A stretch of DNA of 63,104 nucleotides, filler included. It is 7 parts of 7 records of this genome, joined end to end, with 100 filler letters (N's around TTAATTAATTAA, not from the genome) between each part and the next. Parts side by side here need not be neighbours in the genome. Positions count along the whole stretch, not along the records: positions 1 to 8,335 come from SRR20825010_1572; positions 8,436 to 14,442 come from SRR20825010_1573; 5 more parts are not named here. One strand, written 5' to 3'. The position numbers and the translations under genes are program-made. Shown here piece by piece: positions 1 to 10,166 of the stretch; the first letter of the stretch is position 1; each line of letters begins with the position of its first letter. The notes below the pieces were generated by a model. It saw nothing but the letters and a program-made list of their open reading frames with translations. It had not been told where the DNA came from and ran no database searches.

Positions 1-95
1 AAAGAGTTATCAAAAAAGATAAAAGATTTATCAAAATAGGTAAAGGTTTTAGCTAAAAAGATAAATTAAACTACAAGAAAGACACCCAATCCATT

Positions 96-1136
96 TTACA
101 CATCATCAAAATCTACAACAATCGTAGGCGTTGTAGGATGCGCTTGGCAGGTAAGTATTAATCCATCTGCAATTTCAGACTCGGTAAGAATTTGATTTTT
201 TCGCATTTCGGCTTTTCCTTCCTTTAGGCGGGCAATACAGGTACTACAAATGCCGCCTTGGCAAGAATAAGGGGGGTCTAGACCCGCCTCGAGCGCAGCT
301 TCAAGTATGCTTTTGGTTTGTGGCATCACAAAAGTTTCCGCTTCATCATCAAGGGTAATAGTAATGTTGGTGTCGCCATCATGCATTTCAACCAACAATC
401 CTTTTTCAGCAGTAGAAAAAAGCTCGTGGTGTATTTGTTTAGCGTTAATGCCGTTATGCTTCAATGTTGCAGAAACTTCATCAATCATTTGTTCTGGACC
501 ACAGAGGTAATAGGCTTCATAGGTAGTTTCAGCATATTTATTTTTTAGAAAATAGTTTACAATAGAACGGTCTATTCTTCCAAAACGGGCATTTTCTTCT
601 TCTTTTCTGCTAAAAACAAATTCAGCATGAAAACGTTTTGGAAATTGCTTTTGAAGCGCCACAATTTCAGTGTAAAACATGGTTTCTTCAATAGTTTTAT
701 TACCATAAATAAGTAAGAAGGTGCTTTGTGGCATTTCTTCTAATGTACTTTTGGCTAAGGAAATAACGGGTGTAATTCCACTTCCTGCTGCAATGGCAGC
801 ATAGTTTTTTAAATTTGGCTCCAACACAAATTTTCCAGTTGGAGGCATTACTTCTAGCGTATCTCCAGCTTTTAATTGGGTATTTGCATAAACTGAAAAA
901 ACACCTTTTTCTACTTTTTTAACTCCAACTTTTAGCACGCCACTTTTTGGAGAAGAACAAATGGAGTATGCGCGGCGCAAATCTTTTCCGCCGTTTTGGT
1001 GTTTTATAGTTATATATTGTCCAGCTTTGAAAGCAAAAACATTTTTTAAGGCATCTGGAACCTGAAAGCTAAATGAAACAGAATTTGGGGTCTCTTTTAG
1101 TACTTCGGAAATGGTAAGCGTGTGAAATTCGCTCAT
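96..1136 (-). CDS. FAD/NAD-binding ferredoxin reductase with C-terminal 2Fe-2S domain (PaaE-like)
   Basis: RAYSI FAD motif, AAGSGITP NAD motif, YLCGP, C-terminal CQGGICSTC...LTC plant-type 2Fe-2S signature. Confidence 0.9.
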   Translation of the reverse strand: MSEFHTLTISEVLKETPNSVSFSFQVPDALKNVFAFKAGQYITIKHQNGGKDLRRAYSICSSPKSGVLKVGVKKVEKGVFSVYANTQLKAGDTLEVMPPTGKFVLEPNLKNYAAIAAGSGITPVISLAKSTLEEMPQSTFLLIYGNKTIEETMFYTEIVALQKQFPKRFHAEFVFSRKEEENARFGRIDRSIVNYFLKNKYAETTYEAYYLCGPEQMIDEVSATLKHNGINAKQIHHELFSTAEKGLLVEMHDGDTNITITLDDEAETFVMPQTKSILEAALEAGLDPPYSCQGGICSTCIARLKEGKAEMRKNQILTESEIADGLILTCQAHPTTPTIVVDFDDV

Positions 1137-1155
1137 AATCTTAATAATTTTTGTG

Positions 1156-1163
1156 CAAAAGTA
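1156..1163 (-). promoter_or_regulatory. Bacteroidota -7 promoter element TACTTTTG
   Basis: Matches the TAnnTTTG consensus 20 bp upstream of the ATG at 1136. Confidence 0.6.
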
Positions 1164-1330
1164 CGAAGGAATTCAAGGAAACAAAGCTTGATTGACTTTA
1201 AAAGTGGCGCATTTTTTCGACGTTTCCTTAAGTAGATATTAAAAAGAAATGTATTTTTACCGCTCTTTAGCGATTCTACATACTAAAAAAGAACCTTTTA
1301 AGTTAGAATATCATATAAACTGAAAATATT

Positions 1331-3871
1331 TTGAAGGGCACACATAAAATTACACTAATTATTCTTTCTGTTGTTTTGTTAGCAGCATGTTCGCGCAAAA
1401 AAAACACTTTTTTAAATCGCAATCTACAAGCGGTTTCTACAGAATTTAATACACTTTATAATGGCGATCTTGCATTTACGGCTGGTAAAGACCAATTAGC
1501 AGCAGGATACCGCGATAATTTTTGGGAAATACTTCCTGTAGAACGTATTGAAATTGAAGAAGCAGATGTTAAAGCACCAGGTGCTGATAAAAATGGCGAA
1601 TTCAATCGTGCTGAAGAAAAAGCTGCGAAAGCCATTCAAAAACATTCTATGTATATTGATGGTAAAGAATACAATCCACAAATTGATGAAGCATACATTT
1701 TGCTAGGAAAAGCACGTTATTATGACGGACGCTTTATTCCAGCCTTAGATGCATTCAACTTTATTTTGGATCGTTACCCAACTAGTAACAATATTAATAT
1801 TGCGAAAGTTTGGAAAGCAAAAACCAACATCCGTTTAAAAAATGAGGACTATGCAATTGAAAACCTCAAAAAAATGTTTGATGAAGCGGAGCTTGAAGAT
1901 GAAGAAATTGCCGATGGTTCTGCAATGATGGCGCAAGCTTATATAAACTTAGATTCATTAGATTCTGCACTTAAATACATTAAAATTGCCGCTGAAACTG
2001 TAAAAGACAAGGAGCTTAAAGGAAGATATACCTTTATAAAAGGGCAACTTTACAACCGTTTAGACCTTAAAGACAGCGCCAATATTGCTTTTGAAGAAGT
2101 TATTGCTATGAACCGCAAAACATCGCGGGTATATATGATAAATGCATATTTAGAAAAAGGTAAAAATTTCGATTATAAAAATGGCGACCGTACAGCCTTC
2201 TTAGAATTGCTACAAGACCTTGAAAAAAATCGTGAAAATCGTCCTTTCTTAGACAAAATCTACAACCAGTTTGGAGATTATTACCGTAATAGCGACAGTA
2301 TAGCAACTGCGGTTACCTACTACAACAAGTCTATTAAGGCGTTTAAACAAGACAGAATTCTACAAGCTGTAAACTATCAAACCCTTGCGGAAATTAATTT
2401 TGACAATTCTGAATATAAAAACGCAGGCGCTTATTACGATAGCACCCTTACTTTTCTTGAAGAAAATAGCCGCCAATGGCGACGTATCACTAAAAAACGT
2501 GAAAACCTTGACGACGTTATTAAATATGAAGACATTGCTACAGCCAATGACAGTATTTTAAAGCTGACAAAAATGAGCGAAGCTGAACAGCTTGCATTTT
2601 TTACAGATTACACTTCAAGATTAAAAGAACAAGCCATTAAAGATTCGTTGGAAGCTATTAAAATTGAAAAGAAAATAGCAGACAATGAGTTTTATAAAAA
2701 AGGTAAAACAGCGAATGCTCCTAATAAAAACAGCACCTTCTACTTTTATAATACTTCAACAGTAGCTTACGGAAAAGGAGAATTTAGAAAAATTTGGGGA
2801 GATCGAATTCTAGAAGATAACTGGAGACTATCCAATAAAAAATCGTCCCTTGAAACTTTAGATGATGTACAAGTTGATGCTACGCCAATTGCAGAAAATG
2901 AATTGTATAAGCCACAGACATACATTGCGAAGATTCCAACCGATCAAAAAGTAATAGACAGCTTGGCGAAAGATAGAAACTTTGCGTATTATCAATTAGG
3001 ATTGATTTATAAAGAAAAATTTAAGGAGTACAATCTAGCTGCAAATAGGCTTGAAAAACTACTTACGTACAGCCCACAAGAACGCTTGGTGGTTCCTGCA
3101 AAATATAATTTGGTGAAGATTTATGAAATTTTGGAAAACCCTTCTGAAGCAGGTAAATACAAAAACGACGTATTAACCAATCATGCAGATACGCGTTATG
3201 CGGAAATACTTCGCAATCCAAATTCACAACTTTCCACAGACGAATCAAGCCCAGAATTTAAGTACAAACAATTGTACAAAGAGTTTGAAGCAGCTAATTA
3301 TGCCAATGTAATAGAAAAGTGTGATGCGTATATTATGGTTTATAACGGCAACGATATAATACCAAAGTTTGAATTGCTAAAAGCTACTGCAATTGGACGT
3401 CAGCAAGGTTTTGAAGCTTATAAGAAAGCATTAAACTTTGTTTCCTTAAACTATCCTAATAGTGATGAAGGTAAGCAAGCACAGCAAATTTATAGCGGCG
3501 TACTACCTTTGCTCGAAATGAAAAGCTTTGCCCCAGCAGTGGAAACGGATCAATGGAAGTTGGTCTATAAGTTTACAGTAGCAGAAGGCGAAGAAGCGCA
3601 AAAATTGAAAGAAAAGTTAGACAAGGCAATCGAGAATTACCGATATACTAACATGACAACTTCAATTGATTATTACAACCCAGAAACACGTTTGCTAATT
3701 GTTCATGGATGGAACACAAAGATGGGCGCTAGTGGTTTTGGAGCTGTTTTGAAAGAAAATAAAGACTATAAGGTGAAGCGTTCGTTTTTTGAAATTTCGA
3801 CACCTAATTATAAGATTATTCAAATTCATAAAAATTTAGATGATTATCTACAATTAGATGCAACTGAATAG
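1331..3871 (+). CDS. sprE: TPR lipoprotein, gliding motility/T9SS protein SprE (PorW family)
   Basis: Lipobox LLAAC followed by SRKKNT, N-terminal FNTLYNG, multiple TPR-like helices, FYFYN and WGDRILEDNWR motifs, about 850 aa; TTG start. Confidence 0.75.
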   Translation: MKGTHKITLIILSVVLLAACSRKKNTFLNRNLQAVSTEFNTLYNGDLAFTAGKDQLAAGYRDNFWEILPVERIEIEEADVKAPGADKNGEFNRAEEKAAKAIQKHSMYIDGKEYNPQIDEAYILLGKARYYDGRFIPALDAFNFILDRYPTSNNINIAKVWKAKTNIRLKNEDYAIENLKKMFDEAELEDEEIADGSAMMAQAYINLDSLDSALKYIKIAAETVKDKELKGRYTFIKGQLYNRLDLKDSANIAFEEVIAMNRKTSRVYMINAYLEKGKNFDYKNGDRTAFLELLQDLEKNRENRPFLDKIYNQFGDYYRNSDSIATAVTYYNKSIKAFKQDRILQAVNYQTLAEINFDNSEYKNAGAYYDSTLTFLEENSRQWRRITKKRENLDDVIKYEDIATANDSILKLTKMSEAEQLAFFTDYTSRLKEQAIKDSLEAIKIEKKIADNEFYKKGKTANAPNKNSTFYFYNTSTVAYGKGEFRKIWGDRILEDNWRLSNKKSSLETLDDVQVDATPIAENELYKPQTYIAKIPTDQKVIDSLAKDRNFAYYQLGLIYKEKFKEYNLAANRLEKLLTYSPQERLVVPAKYNLVKIYEILENPSEAGKYKNDVLTNHADTRYAEILRNPNSQLSTDESSPEFKYKQLYKEFEAANYANVIEKCDAYIMVYNGNDIIPKFELLKATAIGRQQGFEAYKKALNFVSLNYPNSDEGKQAQQIYSGVLPLLEMKSFAPAVETDQWKLVYKFTVAEGEEAQKLKEKLDKAIENYRYTNMTTSIDYYNPETRLLIVHGWNTKMGASGFGAVLKENKDYKVKRSFFEISTPNYKIIQIHKNLDDYLQLDATE

Positions 3872-3900
3872 ATAACTCCCAATTATAACCAATAAAACCA

Positions 3901-4362
3901 ATGACTATGTTTTCAGATAAAAAAGAGAAACGTGTACCTAATGAACCAGGAACTGCTCAAAATAGAATAAATGAAGGCACTAAGTTAAAAGGAGATGTTT
4001 CCTCAACAGGTTTTTTTAGAATTGACGGCACTATTGAAGGCAATGTAAAAACGCCTTCAAAAGTTGTTTTAGGCAAAACAGGGGTTATAATAGGAACATT
4101 AACCTGTGACAATGCAGATATTGAAGGAAGATTTGAAGGCACGCTTCAAGTTTCAGGAACCCTTTCATTAAGAGCAACTGCAGTAATTGATGGCGATGTA
4201 ACAGTAGGTAAATTGGCAGTTGAACCTGGAGCTACACTAAATGCATCATGTGTTATGCAAGACGGAAAATCGCAAAACACAACTTCAGAAAATAGCAAAG
4301 CACACCCTTTTGATCGTCAGCAACGTGCTAAAAAAACAACGGCAGAACATTTAGAGTCATAG
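3901..4362 (+). CDS. Bactofilin (polymer-forming cytoskeletal protein, CcmA family)
   Basis: I..GT.LKGDV...G..RIDG.IEG.V beta-helix repeats and LAVEPGA motif. Confidence 0.9.
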   Translation: MTMFSDKKEKRVPNEPGTAQNRINEGTKLKGDVSSTGFFRIDGTIEGNVKTPSKVVLGKTGVIIGTLTCDNADIEGRFEGTLQVSGTLSLRATAVIDGDVTVGKLAVEPGATLNASCVMQDGKSQNTTSENSKAHPFDRQQRAKKTTAEHLES

Positions 4363-4380
4363 TCTTTTTATACTTTAGGT

Positions 4381-4593
4381 ATGGATGATGATAAAAAAAG
4401 TGGCGGAAATAAATGGGCAGCCCTTTCTGGTATTGGGTTACAAATGGGGCTAACAATTTTTCTAGGAAATTTACTCGGGAAATGGCTTGATACTACTTTC
4501 AATAAAACTTTTTTAGAACCTACTATAACAATCCTTACTATCTTCATTTCTATTTTTAGCGTAATAAAGGGTGTAAATAAATTAAACAAGTAA
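4381..4593 (+). CDS. AtpZ/AtpI family small membrane protein
   Basis: IGLQMG...G.WLD two-TM pattern; lies upstream of atpB. Confidence 0.8.
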   Translation: MDDDKKSGGNKWAALSGIGLQMGLTIFLGNLLGKWLDTTFNKTFLEPTITILTIFISIFSVIKGVNKLNK

Positions 4594-4594
4594 C

Positions 4595-4990
4595 ATGCTT
4601 CAGAAAAAAATACTCCAGTATACGCTACTTTGCGCTTTAGTTTTAATTGTAGGTTATTTCGTACATTATTCAATACTTACATATTTTCAAATTGAACATC
4701 CTTTCACACTTTGGAAAATTTATCTTTTTCAGGGCGTCGCAACCTTGATTCTTTGTGCTTCATTTGAAGTAATTTCTCAAAAATCTCAAAAATTTAAAGA
4801 CCAAATGGGTTTTTTATATTTGGGGGCAATGGTTCTAAAAGTAATATTGTTTTGTGGCTTTTTTAGCAGCATACTTTTTTCAACCCTTGTATTATCTAAG
4901 CTAGACAGCCTTTCATTATTAATACCGATTTTTATTTTTTTATTTTTGGAGGTTGTAATTATTGTTAAAATCCTAAATAGAAACATCTAA
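4595..4990 (+). CDS. AtpI-like four-TM membrane protein (Flavobacteria DUF6168-like)
   Basis: Four hydrophobic segments, GFLYLG..VLK and FLFLE; between the atpZ-like gene and atpB. Confidence 0.65.
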   Translation: MLQKKILQYTLLCALVLIVGYFVHYSILTYFQIEHPFTLWKIYLFQGVATLILCASFEVISQKSQKFKDQMGFLYLGAMVLKVILFCGFFSSILFSTLVLSKLDSLSLLIPIFIFLFLEVVIIVKILNRNI

Positions 4991-5035
4991 AATATAAATA
5001 TGCATTTGTTATGGGTATTTTATTTAGAAATTCAC

Positions 5036-5043
5036 TAATTTTG
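5036..5043 (+). promoter_or_regulatory. Bacteroidota -7 promoter element TAATTTTG upstream of atpB
   Basis: Matches TAnnTTTG 40 bp before the atpB ATG. Confidence 0.55.
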
Positions 5044-5083
5044 CGCCCAAATTAGACAGGCATTATTTTTTTTAAAAGAAACA

Positions 5084-6515
<1,432 letters not shown>

Positions 6516-6531
6516 TCAACAAAACCCAAAT

Positions 6532-6572
6532 TCACTTTCCTGTAACGGTTGGTTACAGGAAGTGGATTTTTT
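6532..6572 (+). terminator. Stem-loop with T-tract between atpE and atpF
   Basis: TTCCTGTAAC-GGTTG-GTTACAGGAA perfect 10-bp stem, extendable, followed by TTTTTT. Confidence 0.65.
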
Positions 6573-6623
6573 AAAGAAAATTAAAAACATTCACATTTTC
6601 CCCTCAGGGTAATATTCATAATT

Positions 6624-7124
6624 ATGGATCAATTATTAAATGATTTTTCTCCAGGGCTGTTTATAATGCAAACAGTCATTTTACTAGTGCTTATTTTCTT
6701 AATGGTAAAATTTGCTTGGAAACCTATATTAAACTCTTTAAACGATAGAGAAGAAGGTATTCAAGGAGCATTAGATGCTGCAGAAAAAGCAAAGCTTGAA
6801 ATGCAAAATCTTCAAGCAGACAACGAAAAGTTGTTGCAGGAAGCTCGTTCTGAACGCGAAGCAATGCTTAAAGATGCCCGCGAGATAAAAGCGAAAATGA
6901 TTGCAGACGCAAAAGAAGAAGCAAAAACGGAAGCAGATAAAATGGTTGCTCAAGCACAAGCAGCAATTGAAAGCGAAAAAAAATCTGCTATTTCAGAATT
7001 AAAGCAACAAGTAGCAAGCCTCTCTTTAGAAATTGCTGAAAAAGTGGTAAAACACGAACTTTCAGATAAAGAAAAGCAATTGAAACTTGTAGATCAAATG
7101 TTGGGCGACGCCAAATTAAACTAA
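6624..7124 (+). CDS. atpF: F0F1 ATP synthase subunit b
   Basis: N-terminal TM, KFAWKPI...REE.I, long coiled coil. Confidence 0.96.
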   Translation: MDQLLNDFSPGLFIMQTVILLVLIFLMVKFAWKPILNSLNDREEGIQGALDAAEKAKLEMQNLQADNEKLLQEARSEREAMLKDAREIKAKMIADAKEEAKTEADKMVAQAQAAIESEKKSAISELKQQVASLSLEIAEKVVKHELSDKEKQLKLVDQMLGDAKLN

Positions 7125-7130
7125 AATTCA

Positions 7131-7667
7131 ATGAGCAGAGCAGCGATTAGATACGCGAAAGCAATTTTGCATAAAGCAAACGAAAGCAACACAGAAGCTG
7201 TTGTTTTTGGCGACATGCAATCTGTTTACAAAACCATTGAAGGCAGTAGTGAATTGCAATCAATGCTTCAAAACCCCGTAATTAAAGCCCATGATAAAAA
7301 AGAGGCTTTATTAAAAATATTTAGCGGACAATCTGAAGCTACACATTCACTTATCAAAATCTTGGTAGCCAACAAACGGTTAGCATTATTAAGTAACGTA
7401 GCTGAAAGTTATATAAATATTTATAACGAAACACTAGGAATAAAAGCTGCTACCGTTGTAACAGCCGTTGCACTTTCTTCAGAATTAGAAAGTAAGGTAA
7501 TGGCTAAAGTAAAAGAATTAACGGGTAGTGAAAAAGTAACCCTTAAAAGCGAGATTGATCCAGCAATAATTGGCGGGTTTATTCTTAGAGTGGGTGATAT
7601 TCAGTATAATGCAAGTATTGCAAACCAATTAGGAAATTTAAAAAGAGAATTCAGTAAATCAATATAA
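7131..7667 (+). CDS. atpH: F1 ATP synthase subunit delta
   Basis: RYAKA at the N-terminus, IDPAIIGGF..RVGD at the C-terminus. Confidence 0.96.
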   Translation: MSRAAIRYAKAILHKANESNTEAVVFGDMQSVYKTIEGSSELQSMLQNPVIKAHDKKEALLKIFSGQSEATHSLIKILVANKRLALLSNVAESYINIYNETLGIKAATVVTAVALSSELESKVMAKVKELTGSEKVTLKSEIDPAIIGGFILRVGDIQYNASIANQLGNLKREFSKSI

Positions 7668-7685
7668 TAAGGAGATTAGGTTTAG

Positions 7686-7720
7686 TCTAACGTCTAAAAT
7701 CTAGCATCTAATATCTAAAC
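7686..7720 (+). repeat. Five tandem degenerate heptamers TCTAnnn
   Basis: TCTAACG TCTAAAA TCTAGCA TCTAATA TCTAAAC between atpH and atpA. Confidence 0.8.
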
Positions 7721-7723
7721 AAA

Positions 7724-8335
7724 ATGGCAGAAGTAAAACCAGCTGAAGTATCAGCAATCTTAAAGCAACAACTTACAGGCTTTGAAGCAACTGCTTCCCT
7801 GGATGAAGTAGGAACTGTTTTAACCGTAGGTGACGGTATTGTTCGTGCATACGGACTTTCAAACGCTCAATATGGTGAATTGGTAGCCTTTGAAAGTGGT
7901 CTTGAAGGTATTGTATTGAACCTTGAAGAAGATAACGTAGGTATTGTACTTTTAGGCCCTTCAAAAGACATTAAAGAAGGCTCAACAGTAAAACGTACAC
8001 AACGTATTGCATCACTTAATGTAGGTGAAGGTATTGTTGGTCGTGTAGTAAACACTTTGGGTCAACCTATTGATGGTAAAGGTCCAATAACTGGTGAAAC
8101 TTACGAAATGCCATTGGAGCGTAAAGCACCAGGTGTTATTTATCGTCAGCCAGTAACTGAGCCACTTCAAACAGGTATTAAATCTATCGATGCAATGATT
8201 CCTGTAGGTCGAGGCCAACGTGAACTTGTTATTGGTGACCGTCAAACAGGTAAATCTACTGTTTGTTTGGATACTATTTTGAACCAAAAAGAATTTTATG
8301 ATGCAGGGCAACCTGTATACTGTATATATGTTGCA
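7724..8335 (+). CDS. atpA: F1 ATP synthase subunit alpha (3' truncated at contig end)
   Basis: [22 protein letters not shown] Walker A. Confidence 0.97.
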
Positions 8336-8435
8336 NNNNNNNNNNNNNNNNNNNNNNNNNNNNNNNNNNNNNNNNNNNNTTAATTAATTAANNNNNNNNN
8401 NNNNNNNNNNNNNNNNNNNNNNNNNNNNNNNNNNN
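8336..8435. other. Artificial contig spacer
   Basis: 44 N + TTAATTAATTAA (stop in all six frames) + 44 N. Confidence 0.99.
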
Positions 8436-8515
8436 GCTCTGCATCGTTCATGATGGAGAAATTGTACCGACCGTCTGCCATTCAACAAATCATTAATATT
8501 CATCTGGAAGTTGGC

Positions 8516-10009
8516 ATGTATCTCAAAAGTGCGCTCGCCCCGCTGTTGGTAACTCTCTTTTTACTTACTTTGCCTGCATTGCAGGCTGTCGAAAAACAAC
8601 AGGCTGCCAAACCGAATATCCTGGTGATTCTCTGTGACGATCTGGGTTATGGTGATCTGGCCTGTTATGGTCATCCCGTGATCAAAACACCTCATCTGGA
8701 TCAGCTGGCCTCCGAAGGGATGCGGCTGACAGACTGCTATGCCAGCGCTCCTGTCTGTTCTCCGTCGCGGGCTGGTTTGCTGACGGGACGGACTCCGAAT
8801 CGTCTGGGCGTGTATGACTGGATTCCCGAAGGTCATCCGATGCATCTCAAGCGGGATGAAGTTACGGTAGCGCAGTTACTGCAACAGGCCAGTTATGACA
8901 CCGCCCATGTGGGAAAGTGGCATTGCAACGGCATGTTTAATTCCAAAGAACAGCCGCAACCCGGTGACCATGGTTTTCGTCACTGGTTCAGCACTCAGAA
9001 TAATGCCCTGCCTACGCATGAGAATCCCAATAATTTTGTACGAAACGGTGAGCCACTGGGCGAGATCGAAGGGTTTTCCTGTCAGATCGTCGCCGATGAA
9101 GGAATTCGCTGGTTGAGTGACTGGCGCGAAAAAGAGAAACCGTTCTTTCTGCATGTCTGTTTTCACGAACCACACGAGCGGGTGGCTTCTCCCCCGGAAC
9201 TGGTAGAAAAATATCTCGACAAAAGTCTGTATGAAGATCAGGCACAGTATTTTGCAAATGTCGCAAATATGGATGATGCCGTCGGAAAACTGTTGAAAAA
9301 ACTGGATGAGATGAATGTTGCCGACAATACACTGGTATTCTTCACATCTGATAATGGTCCTGAAACATTGAATCGCTATGGAAAAGGTTCACGACGTTCC
9401 TGGGGATCGCCGGGTGTGTTGCGTGGCATGAAACTGCATATCTACGAAGGGGGAATTCGTGTGCCGGGCATTGTCCGCTGGCCCGGGAAAATTAAAGCGG
9501 GCCAGGAGATCGATACCCCCGTCTGCAGTGTCGACCTGCTGCCGACCTTCTGTGAAATTGCTGGTGTCGCAGTGCCCGAACAGCGACCCCTCGATGGTGC
9601 CAGCCTGTTACCTCTGTTTGCGGGGAACAAGATTGAACGAACGACGCCTCTGTTCTGGAATTACTATCGCGCTTACAGTACGCCGCGTGTGGCGATGCGC
9701 GAGGGGGACTGGAAAGTCGTCGCGCACTGGAGTGGCCCGGAAGGCGTCATCCCGCTGGGAGGAAACGTCAATTCCGTTTCGCAGGAGTTCATCAAGCATG
9801 CGAAACTGACTAAGTTTGAACTGTATAACCTGAAAGATGACATCAGCGAACAGCACAATCTGGCCTGGCAGGAACAGAAACGACTGGAAACATTGAAGAA
9901 AAAACTGGTCAAGAAGTATGCGGCTGTTCAGAAGGAAGGGCCCGTCTGGGATACCAGCGAATACGAACAGAGCCGGGAAAAAACGCTGTTTAAAAAACCA
10001 GCGAAATAA
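8516..10009 (+). CDS. Secreted formylglycine-dependent sulfatase (family S1)
   Basis: Signal peptide, PNILVILCDDLG, CSPSRAGLLTGR, GKWH, SDNG; start taken at MYLKS. Confidence 0.95.
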   Translation: MYLKSALAPLLVTLFLLTLPALQAVEKQQAAKPNILVILCDDLGYGDLACYGHPVIKTPHLDQLASEGMRLTDCYASAPVCSPSRAGLLTGRTPNRLGVYDWIPEGHPMHLKRDEVTVAQLLQQASYDTAHVGKWHCNGMFNSKEQPQPGDHGFRHWFSTQNNALPTHENPNNFVRNGEPLGEIEGFSCQIVADEGIRWLSDWREKEKPFFLHVCFHEPHERVASPPELVEKYLDKSLYEDQAQYFANVANMDDAVGKLLKKLDEMNVADNTLVFFTSDNGPETLNRYGKGSRRSWGSPGVLRGMKLHIYEGGIRVPGIVRWPGKIKAGQEIDTPVCSVDLLPTFCEIAGVAVPEQRPLDGASLLPLFAGNKIERTTPLFWNYYRAYSTPRVAMREGDWKVVAHWSGPEGVIPLGGNVNSVSQEFIKHAKLTKFELYNLKDDISEQHNLAWQEQKRLETLKKKLVKKYAAVQKEGPVWDTSEYEQSREKTLFKKPAK

Positions 10010-10166
10010 ACAGACTCTCTTTCAGGTTCATTTACAATCCGCGGCAATTAGCGGGAAATCGATTTCCTGTCTAAATCCCTATTCTCAACCGTCGGCGCGA
10101 CTGTTAAAGTGAAACTCCGCAGTCAATTTGTCCTACCTGTTTTCATGAAACTGATCTGGTACAGCC

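Noticed and set aside
96-1136. Phenylacetate catabolic operon
   Set aside because: Only the reductase is visible and the upstream neighbour is sprE, so no pathway can be assigned.
8380-8391. TTAATTAATTAA palindrome recurring six times
   Set aside because: It is the artificial six-frame stop inside the N spacers, not biology.
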